From Acidobacteriota bacterium (GTDB taxonomy: Bacteria; Acidobacteriota; Blastocatellia; Pyrinomonadales; Pyrinomonadaceae), in assembly GCA_023391155.1 (NCBI GenBank), contig JAEWBM010000029.1, positions 10,892-74,891 of the forward strand: a stretch of DNA of 64,000 bases, read 5' to 3'. The translations under genes and the position numbers were made by a program. Positions within the stretch are counted from its first letter, which is position 1, and each line of letters starts with the position of its first letter. This document shows positions 54,230-61,122 of the stretch, piece by piece. Under the pieces are notes generated by a model, which was not told the origin of the DNA, made no database searches, and saw nothing but the letters and a program-made list of their open reading frames with translations.

Positions 54230-55041
54230 CTAAACCGCGAAATAAACTGGAAGCTGGAAGCTGAAAACTGGAAGCTGTTCGATCACCTCTCGCATCCCAG
54301 CTCCGTAGGGGCGACCTGTCTGTAGCCACGAGCCCCTGTCCAGCACCTCTACCTGTTTGTTCTCAGCGTCGTAGGTGAACTTTCGAAGCTGCGGATCCCG
54401 CGTCGTATTCCCCGCATCATCAAAGACATAGCCGTCGCTCGAACTCAGGCGATTGTCGGATTGATTAACATCAGGATTCAAGACCTTCCGGAGCTCCTCG
54501 CAAAGAGCTGTGTCGCTTTCACAGAGCTTTTCAAAGCCGGTGAAGGTCGTACTCGCCACGACATCGACTGCGAGCCGCCGGTGGGTGTGAGGTTTTCCAC
54601 GGCCGACTTTAATCGGTTCAGCGAATCGTAGGTGTAATCCTGTACCGCCGCGAACCCAGGCGTCTGGCCGACCGTCGGGACGGAGATCGTCTGTTTTGTG
54701 ATGTTGCCGTTGTTGACCGAGGCCGTCGCGCCGTACTCGTAATGGAGCTTTAGCAGATTCGTCGCACCGGGCGTTACGCCTAGGGCGATCTGGGTGGGCT
54801 GGAGACGGGAGTTGAACGCGGTCGATTCCCAGCGGCCGTTGCCGAGCTGCATCGCGGTCACCGTTCCCGCTGCATTGTAGGTGAAATGCTGTGCGTAGTT
54901 CCACACGCCCGCCTGCAAAACGCAGCTCGCCCCCGTACCCGGAGACCCGTCCAAACACTTCGCACTCTGCACGATCGAAAGATCGCCGTTGCTATCCAAG
55001 ACCTTCTTAACCCGCCGCCCGCGAGAGTCTTCGCGAGGCAC
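54230..55041 (-). pseudogene. Rhs/YD-repeat protein fragment, 5'-truncated and frame-broken
   Basis: Frame a (55041..54557) contains YD-repeat text (HFTYNAAGTVTAMQLGNG, LHYEYGATASVNNGNI, YTYDSLNRLKSAVENLTPTGGSQSMSW). YD-repeat text then continues in another frame from about 54555 (GYVFDDAGNTTRD, RKFTYDAENKQVEV) to the stop at 54230. There is no plausible start and no N-terminal domain. Confidence 0.7.
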
Positions 55042-55180
55042 GCCCGTCAGAGCTAATCAAAGAACGGGCCGCAACCATTTTCCAAACGCCTTTGCTCAAG
55101 ATCAGAACGCGTGACTACCCTTCGAATGACGTCGAAGCACCAACTCCTTTGTTGTCGGCACTCATTGGATCTTGCTTCTG

Positions 55181-55534
55181 TCACAGCACATGAATGTTAT
55201 CGAGTTCGAACCCAAACTCGGACTCACCTTTATCAAAACACGTAAGCTCGACGCTCAAGTCCGACTCGCCTTCCTCCAATGTCCAAAGATGAAATACTAC
55301 GCTGAAGCGCGGCGGATGCGACCCTTCGATTTCCACGACATCAATCCGGTTGAAATCTGAGTCAGGCGGCAAAATCACAGTGCGCCCATAATCTGAGATC
55401 GCCGACCGGATCTCAGTTTCTGAAAGCCTGTTGTTCTTTGCTAGTTCGGCCAAACACGAATATTCCCTTTGCGATAACAGAGTAGCCACCAATTTAACGG
55501 TCCTTATTAATTTGGTTTCGATAACATGATTCAT
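55181..55534 (-). CDS. Putative immunity protein of orphan toxin cassette 1
   Basis: 117-aa ORF, visibly AT-richer than its surroundings. It starts 3 nt after the stop of a toxin-tip-like open frame. I recognise no family. Confidence 0.45.
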   Translation of the reverse strand: MNHVIETKLIRTVKLVATLLSQREYSCLAELAKNNRLSETEIRSAISDYGRTVILPPDSDFNRIDVVEIEGSHPPRFSVVFHLWTLEEGESDLSVELTCFDKGESEFGFELDNIHVL

Positions 55535-55537
55535 GCT

Positions 55538-55786
55538 TCACCTATTCCCAGGTATCCTTGTCACTGTTGCTTTGTTGACGCCGAGACCACCGAAGTATGC
55601 ATCTGCTTTATTTATGGCATTTCTAGCCTCAGTTTTTGAGAAGCCAGCCTTTCTCAGTGCCTTATAGCCAATCCTCCTCTCAGACGCATATGATCCGCCG
55701 CCTCGTTGTCTCTGTATAGCGGTAGCAATACCATGGGCCGTGCCCGCCCGATTAGCAGGCCCAGGAAAATCGGGGTCAGGCCTGCA
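55538..55786 (-). pseudogene. Orphan polymorphic-toxin C-terminal tip without a start codon (cassette 1)
   Basis: An 82-codon open frame (…PDFPGPANRAGTAHGIATAIQRQRGGGSYASERRIGYKALRKAGFSKTEARNAINKADAYFGGLGVNKATVTRIPGNR). It begins inside the junction repeat and contains no ATG, GTG or TTG. Confidence 0.4.
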
Positions 55787-55800
55787 TTATTGCAATTCTG
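55772..55800. repeat. Junction element, copy 1 (GGGGTCAGGCCTGCATTATTGCAATTCTG)
   Basis: Palindrome-rich 29-mer containing AGGCCT and ATTGCAAT. It is near-identical to the reverse complement of 56008-36 and similar to 56962-94. Confidence 0.75.
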
Positions 55801-55809
55801 ACCGCATCC

Positions 55810-55974
55810 CTAGCGGGTCCGTACCCATATTACATTCAATTTTCGCCTCGTGGCAGCAATTCGATCGCCGTAGCGGTCAAACTCGAATGTCTGCTGCCAC
55901 GACATCGACTGCGAGCCGCCGGTGGGCGTGATGTTCTCCACGGCCGACTTTAATCGGTTCAGCGAGTCGACGCG
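55810..55974 (-). pseudogene. Rhs/YD-repeat core fragment B (54 codons)
   Basis: It translates as RVDSLNRLKSAVENITPTGGSQSMSWQQTFEFDRYGDRIAATRRKLNVIWVRTR* and is bounded by stops. 73 nt (55897-55969) are about 95% identical to 54556-54628. Confidence 0.6.
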
Positions 55975-56007
55975 TTAGTTTAGCCGAACTGTACGGTGAA
56001 GCCGTTG

Positions 56008-56036
56008 AGAGAATTGCAATAATGCAGGCCCGACCC
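56008..56036. repeat. Junction element, copy 3, inverted (GAGAATTGCAATAATGCAGGCCCGACCCC)
   Basis: 27 of 29 nt match the reverse complement of copy 1. Together the two copies bracket the 207-bp segment 55801-56007. Confidence 0.75.
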
Positions 56037-56111
56037 CTCTTCACCTCCCTCGTATCTCTTCATAATCTCCTCATTATAAGAGACTTTTTTATCCCGTTTT
56101 ATTAGACCCTC

Positions 56112-56552
56112 TCACTCTCCCGTGAGGTTAGTCCGCATTCCAGAAAGTTCCTTCAGATGCCTTAAACATAATCTCAAGTCCTTTGCTCCCTTCAATAGCT
56201 TTCTTTCCAGTTCGTCTTCGGGTGTGAACATAGAAAAGTATCGAGAATTCGCAACCCGTTGTTGCTGAGTCACCTTCTCCATTATCCGCACATTCAATCC
56301 AGCGAGATGCAACGTCTTCGATTTGTCATCGTAATCGGGAAGTTTGCCATTCTCAAGCAGAAAAATAATGACTAGAAGATAATCCTCGATATTCTCATAA
56401 GATATGGACACAATCTTGTCCCTGTCAGAATATCGAACGTCATAATAGACATTGCCCAGAACCTGTGCTTCGGGTAAATTCAAGCCGAATTCGGACACGA
56501 GAAACGAAAAATATGCTTTAACCAATTGTACGTATCTTTTTCCGTTTATCAT
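56112..56552 (-). CDS. Putative immunity protein of orphan toxin cassette 2
   Basis: 146-aa ORF, clearly AT-richer than the flanks. Its start overlaps the stop of the upstream toxin-tip frame by 4 nt. Confidence 0.5.
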   Translation of the reverse strand: MINGKRYVQLVKAYFSFLVSEFGLNLPEAQVLGNVYYDVRYSDRDKIVSISYENIEDYLLVIIFLLENGKLPDYDDKSKTLHLAGLNVRIMEKVTQQQRVANSRYFSMFTPEDELERKLLKGAKDLRLCLRHLKELSGMRTNLTGE

Positions 56553-57013
56553 CGCGAAATCACCTTTACTTTTCCCGGATAAAGCTTCTGATAGTTCCTA
56601 ATCATGTTTTTCTCCATCTGATAGAAGATGCTTGGCATTTTTCTTGACGGATCCGCACCAATATCCATTATAGTTCTACCGCTTCTCAGTTGTTGCAGAA
56701 TCCACTTTCTGTTGTAGGCCATCATCTGACTCGTTATCTGATCACGTGACCCGGTAAAGACTGGCATGCTATCCAATATCGTGGATCCTGGATTTCTTGC
56801 GGCGGCGGTTCGTACCCGCGTCATCGTTTCGCCGATTATCGTGAGTCCATGTTTTGCCTTTTCTGCTTTTCGTAGCAATTTGAGGCCTGGGAGCAGATTT
56901 GGAAGTTCCGAAGCCGCTTCGCCCGTATTCCCTTGCCCAATAAGGACGATCGGTGGAAACCGGGGCCAGGCCTGCTTTATTGCAATTGTGCCCCTATCCC
57001 CTCTGGGGCGACT
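56549..57013 (-). CDS. Orphan polymorphic-toxin C-terminal domain (cassette 2); only a TTG start at 56878
   Basis: The frame is open for 154 codons from just after the TAG at 57014-16 and runs through junction copy 2 (…GTIAIKQAWPRFPPIVLIGQGNTGEAASEL…). The sequence then continues …MPVFTGSRDQITSQMMAYNRKWILQQLRSGRTIMDIGADPSRKMPSIFYQMEKNMI…. Paired with the overlapping downstream ORF, this is a typical toxin-immunity layout. Confidence 0.5.
   Translation of the reverse strand, partial: SRPRGDRGTIAIKQAWPRFPPIVLIGQGNTGEAASELPNLLPGLKLLRKAEKAKHGLTIIGETMTRVRTAAARNPGSTILDSMPVFTGSRDQITSQMMAYNRKWILQQLRSGRTIMDIGADPSRKMPSIFYQMEKNMIRNYQKLYPGKVKVISR
56962..56994. repeat. Junction element, copy 2 (GGGGCCAGGCCTGCTTTATTGCAATTGTGCCCC)
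   Basis: Same orientation as copy 1. The shared core is CAGGCCTGC(A/T)TTATTGCAATT. Weaker similarity extends about 50 nt further on the high-coordinate side. Confidence 0.7.
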
Positions 57014-57210
57014 CTATAGTACATTTAATATTCATTCCGCGGCAAAAACATCGGCCCGCGAACGCCCCCACCTTGCATCCCTTGCGCATGCCTCTAGCAA
57101 CCCCTGCGTTGAATATGCCAAAATCTCGGCTGGCGCACGGCGCGATCGCTCTTTGATAAATATTTTCGCATTTTTGGCGGGATACCTGGCTCCGGGACAG
57201 ATCTAACCCC

Positions 57211-57426
57211 CACCTATACAACGACTTACGGTCACGGGCCCCGGATGGGACACCCCCCGGGACACCCCGTGGGACACCCCCCGGGACACCCCTGGGACAC
57301 CATGGGACGTTTTTCTCACGATAACGGCCCGTAACCGTCTCAAGCCCCTCACCCACAACGACTTACACCTGTGGACGACCCTGTGAACACCCCGAGAACG
57401 CCCCGAGAACGCTCCGAGAACGCCCA
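57211..57426. repeat. Two diverged modules of an anchor motif plus 5 tandem 10-12-nt repeats
   Basis: Module 1: CACCTATACAACGACTTAC (57211-29), then GGGACACCCC(NN) x5.5 (57247-57309, periods 12,12,12,11,10). Module 2: CACCCACAACGACTTAC (57350-66), then GTGGACGACCCT GTGAACACCCC GAGAACGCCCC GAGAACGCTCC GAGAACGCCCA (57371-57426). Confidence 0.85.
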
Positions 57427-57582
57427 AAATTGTCCACTCTCCGTTACCGGTTCTCAATTATGCCCGCAAGTCCAAACATCCGTTAACTTTACTATTGACG
57501 AGTTAAAGTAATTTCTGATACCATCGCGGTGTTTGCCCCATTCGCGCTCATTTTCAGTTTGAAATTCAGTCCTGAATGCTAT

Positions 57583-58917
57583 ATGAACTGCCCCGTATGC
57601 AAGCGTGAGCTAGCACCCTCTCTTTCTATTTGCTTTACCTGCGGAGCAATGGTCCATGACACCGTGCGTGAGGAACTCGAGACCAAGATCGGCCGCGGTT
57701 CCGGCCCGTTCATGCCAAAAGCCGAAACGGCCTCAGGCCCCTTGGACGATCTGGACATCCCGCCGATGCCCGCCGAGACGTTTTCGCCCGCTCCGGTTGT
57801 CGTCGCAGCGGCGCCGGCTCCCGCACCAAAACCACCGACAATGAATCTGCCCCCGAAAAAAACAAGTCCGACGCTGGTCGATTTCCAGCCACGCAGCGCG
57901 ACGCTGCCGGATTGGCGTCTTCAGTTACAGAATGCCGTTCGCCAGCGTGCCCTCGGCACCGTTAAGGAAACGGCCGAGGCCCCGGCGGTCGCCACCGTCC
58001 CGCCTCCGCCGCCCGCCCGCGAGACAAAGAGCCGCACTGCCGAGCTTCGCGAACTCGCTGCCCAACACCCGAACGAGACGGTCTCAAATGCGCTTCGACG
58101 GATAGAGGCATCGCGCCGAGCCTTTAACCCCCAAGCGGAACGCAACCGGGCCGTCGCAAAGGCGGCGAAGGAACGCAGTTTCCCGTTTGATGTCGTTAGC
58201 CGTGCGGCGGAGGGGCCCGTCCGTACCGCCCCCGCACCTGCGATACCGGCACCCAAACCCAAGTTGGTATCGCCGCTCCGCATCGAAAAAAAGGCGTACG
58301 ACACCAACAAGCTGCCGCCCCTTGCGGAACCGCAGACGATCGACACCGAGGTTGAAGAGCCCTCAACACCTTTGATGGAGTCCGTCGCTGAGCCGCCGGC
58401 TCCAATCGCAAAAGCTCCGCGAAAGCTCGAAATGGTGATCGACGATCTTGCGCCCGCTCCCGCCTTCGAAACGGAACTCCCAGAACCTGAGCCCGTCGAC
58501 GAATACGACGACCTGCCGCCGCTCTCAATGCGGTTCGGCGCCGGATTTTTTGACCTCGTTATCGGCGCCGCCGGGACGATGATCATCGTTTCGCCGTTTC
58601 TGCTCGGCGGCGGCGAATGGCTTTCGCTCTCGGGCGTGCTGGCGTTTATCGCGGCCCTCTCGATCTTCCAGTTCCTTTACCTCACCGCCTCGCTGGGCTT
58701 TTGGGGTAAGACTTTCGGAATGCGGATCTTTTCGCTCGAGCTGATTGACGCCGAACAGAATGCCTACCCGACCGTCCACCAGGCGGCGGTAAATTCTGCG
58801 GTCTATCTGCTCTCGATCGCCTTCGCCGGAGCCGGTTTCCTGACCATGCTCTACAACGAAGAGAAACGGGCATTTCACGACATAGTTTCGGGCACGCTTC
58901 TCATCCGCGATATCTAG
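57583..58917 (+). CDS. RDD-family membrane protein with N-terminal zinc ribbon and Pro/Ala-rich linker
   Basis: MNCPVCKRELAPSLSICFTCGA, a low-complexity P/A/E linker of about 300 aa, then a C-terminal RDD domain (FGAGFFDLVIG..., WGKTFGMRIF, KRAFHDIVSGTLLIRD). Start moved to the ATG at 57583. Confidence 0.8.
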   Translation: MNCPVCKRELAPSLSICFTCGAMVHDTVREELETKIGRGSGPFMPKAETASGPLDDLDIPPMPAETFSPAPVVVAAAPAPAPKPPTMNLPPKKTSPTLVDFQPRSATLPDWRLQLQNAVRQRALGTVKETAEAPAVATVPPPPPARETKSRTAELRELAAQHPNETVSNALRRIEASRRAFNPQAERNRAVAKAAKERSFPFDVVSRAAEGPVRTAPAPAIPAPKPKLVSPLRIEKKAYDTNKLPPLAEPQTIDTEVEEPSTPLMESVAEPPAPIAKAPRKLEMVIDDLAPAPAFETELPEPEPVDEYDDLPPLSMRFGAGFFDLVIGAAGTMIIVSPFLLGGGEWLSLSGVLAFIAALSIFQFLYLTASLGFWGKTFGMRIFSLELIDAEQNAYPTVHQAAVNSAVYLLSIAFAGAGFLTMLYNEEKRAFHDIVSGTLLIRDI

Positions 58918-58995
58918 GCCCGGCACTAACCCAAGGTCCAACGCCCGCCGACGCGAGCGTTGGACTTTTTCGCCCCCCACCCTAAACTATCCACA

Positions 58996-60450
58996 ATGGA
59001 CAGGTTACTGATCGAAAGGGTCGCCGACGAAATGCGCCCGCTCCTCACCGGCACCCGCTTCGGCCGCGCCTTCCAAACCTCCCGCTTCGAATTCTTTTTC
59101 GACCTCCGCCTACCCTCCGGAAATTACTTGTTCGTAAGCATCGAGCCCGCCGCCCCACGCGTTTACCTCGCCCGCCGAAGGCTAAAAGATCTGGAACGCG
59201 CTGCACTCCCGCCGACCCCGTTCATTCTTCAGCTCCGCTCTAACCTCGCCAACGCGGAACTCACCGACGTCGCCGTTGTTGAGGGCGAACGGGTACTGAA
59301 TCTCAGCTTCGCTTCGTTGGACCAGGCCGGCCGCGCGGTCAACGCCGGCCTGGTGATCCAACTCACAGGCCGTTCCGCAAACCTATTTCTGACAGACAGC
59401 GAAGATCGGATCGTCGCAACAGCCCGTTCGAACGAGGGAACCGGCCAGCAGATCGACGATGTGTTCGCCCCACCGCCGCGGCCGGCCGACTTCAGGGAAG
59501 CTCCGCCCTCGGCCTTGCCGGCGATCCCGGCCGGGGAAACGCTTTCGGAATGGCTCGACCGCGAGCACCTCGCCGAGGCTCAGAAGCGGGAGTTCCAAAC
59601 GCTTGTACAAAACGCGCGTGGCCAGCTTCGGGCCGAGATAGCCAAACGCAAAAAACTCCTCGCAAATCTCGAAAGCGATCTCACGGGCCACGGCGAACCC
59701 GAGAGATGGAAGCGTTTCGGCGACCTCTTGCTTGCCGCCGCCGGTACTGCGGAAAATGTTGACGGCAAGTTCAAGGTCGTTGACCTTTATGACCCAGATC
59801 AGGCGGAGATCGAGATCGAGGCCGAGGTAAACCAGTCGGTCACCGAAGCCGCGGAGAGCTATTTTCGGAAATATACAAAAGCTCGCAATGCGGCAAAAGA
59901 GATCTCCGAACGGATCGGCCAGGTAGATAAAGAACTGCAGGCCCTTGAGAAACGAAGTGAGAAACTCGAGAAAGCCATATCCGCCGAGGATGAAGATCAG
60001 ATCCGCCAGTACGTGTCGACAAAAAAGACGAGACCGACGAATGCAGGCAATCGCCGGGCGCCGGCGGAAACAGCATCGTTCGCTCGCTCGTTTACGTCCT
60101 CGGACGGTTTCGAGATACTCGTTGGTAAGAAGGCGAAAGACAACGACCAATTGACGTTTCGTGCCGCCAAATCACTGGACACGTGGATGCACGCCGCCGA
60201 CTATCCGGGCTCGCATGTCGTCATTAGAAATCCGGCTCGGCGAGAAATACCGCAGCGTACCCTGCTCGAGGCTGCGAAGCTTGCAGCTTTTTATAGTCAG
60301 GGGAAAAAGCAGGTAAAGGCGGCCGTGCATTACACCGAGAAAAAGCACGTAAATAAGCCCCGGGGCGCCGCACCGGGGCTAGTTAGTCTGTCAAAATTTA
60401 AGACGCTGCTGGTCGAACCTTCGTTTCCGGAACTGCCGGATGCCAACTAA
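58996..60450 (+). CDS. NFACT-family (FbpA/RqcH-like) protein with NFACT-R (DUF814) domain
   Basis: An NFACT-N-like N-terminus, a central coiled coil, and FEILVGKKAKDNDQLTF...WMHAADYPGSHVVIRNP. Start taken at the ATG at 58996. Confidence 0.8.
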   Translation: MDRLLIERVADEMRPLLTGTRFGRAFQTSRFEFFFDLRLPSGNYLFVSIEPAAPRVYLARRRLKDLERAALPPTPFILQLRSNLANAELTDVAVVEGERVLNLSFASLDQAGRAVNAGLVIQLTGRSANLFLTDSEDRIVATARSNEGTGQQIDDVFAPPPRPADFREAPPSALPAIPAGETLSEWLDREHLAEAQKREFQTLVQNARGQLRAEIAKRKKLLANLESDLTGHGEPERWKRFGDLLLAAAGTAENVDGKFKVVDLYDPDQAEIEIEAEVNQSVTEAAESYFRKYTKARNAAKEISERIGQVDKELQALEKRSEKLEKAISAEDEDQIRQYVSTKKTRPTNAGNRRAPAETASFARSFTSSDGFEILVGKKAKDNDQLTFRAAKSLDTWMHAADYPGSHVVIRNPARREIPQRTLLEAAKLAAFYSQGKKQVKAAVHYTEKKHVNKPRGAAPGLVSLSKFKTLLVEPSFPELPDAN

Positions 60451-61118
60451 TTCGCCACTGATTTTTCGGCCCCACTGTCAGATTCCGTCGCCGACTTTCC
60501 GTCATCTGCGGGGGCTGCGGATCGCGGAGACTCAACCGGAGTGGGCAGCCCATCGACGACCTTTGCGACATTCTCTTTCATCTTTGCTATCTCGCGCGGT
60601 GCCGCTCCGCGAAAGACGCCGCGAAGGTTTCCCTCACGGTCGATCAGAAAACTCTGCGGTATCGCCTCGCTGCGGCTGAGCCGCATCATGGACATGATCA
60701 TATCTTCATTGCCCCACGTGATGGTGTAGTTGAGGTTCATCTCGGCGACGAAGTCACGAACCATGTCTTCGGGTTCATCATCAACGTTGAGGCCGACCAC
60801 CTCAAACCCCTTGGGGCCGTGCTCGTTCTGCATCTTAATAAGCTCGGGCATTTCCTCTCGGCAGGGGCCGCACCAGGTCGCCCACATATTCACTAGCACT
60901 ACCTTGCCTTTTCGCTGCGCGACCGTCGAGGTCGACCCATCCAGGTGACGCATCTCGGCGTTTGCCGCTTCAGAATTGAATGGCGGATACTCTGAGGACG
61001 CCGCAGTTCCGGAGGAGTTTGCGGGTATACTTTCCGCGGAGCCGCCGCAACCTGTTAACGCGGAGAACGCCAGAGTAAATATGGCTAGGTATGCCAAGTT
61101 CTTAATAACTTCCCTCAT
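60447..61118 (-). CDS. TlpA-family thiol:disulfide oxidoreductase lipoprotein
   Basis: Lipobox FSALTGCGG and the thioredoxin motif WATWCGPCREEMPEL. Confidence 0.9.
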   Translation of the reverse strand: MREVIKNLAYLAIFTLAFSALTGCGGSAESIPANSSGTAASSEYPPFNSEAANAEMRHLDGSTSTVAQRKGKVVLVNMWATWCGPCREEMPELIKMQNEHGPKGFEVVGLNVDDEPEDMVRDFVAEMNLNYTITWGNEDMIMSMMRLSRSEAIPQSFLIDREGNLRGVFRGAAPREIAKMKENVAKVVDGLPTPVESPRSAAPADDGKSATESDSGAEKSVAN

Positions 61119-61122
61119 TATT

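Noticed and set aside
54556-55969. Diversity-generating retroelement (template/variable repeat pair), suggested by the 73-nt duplicate.
   Set aside because: The four mismatches are T/C, G/T, T/C and A/G rather than adenine-specific. No reverse transcriptase gene is present.
57247-57426. Possible CRISPR array, given the short direct repeats.
   Set aside because: The repeats are only 10-12 nt, are directly tandem with no spacers, and no cas genes occur in the window. The two-copy 63-nt unit at 53874-53993 likewise has no spacer structure.
56994-57457. ORFs 56994..57356 and 57203..57457 (minus strand), which encode GVPG/GVSR elastin-like repeats.
   Set aside because: They are read-throughs of the 10-12-nt tandem repeats. 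The repeat period is not a constant multiple of 3, the two ORFs overlap each other in different frames, and no start context or domain is present.
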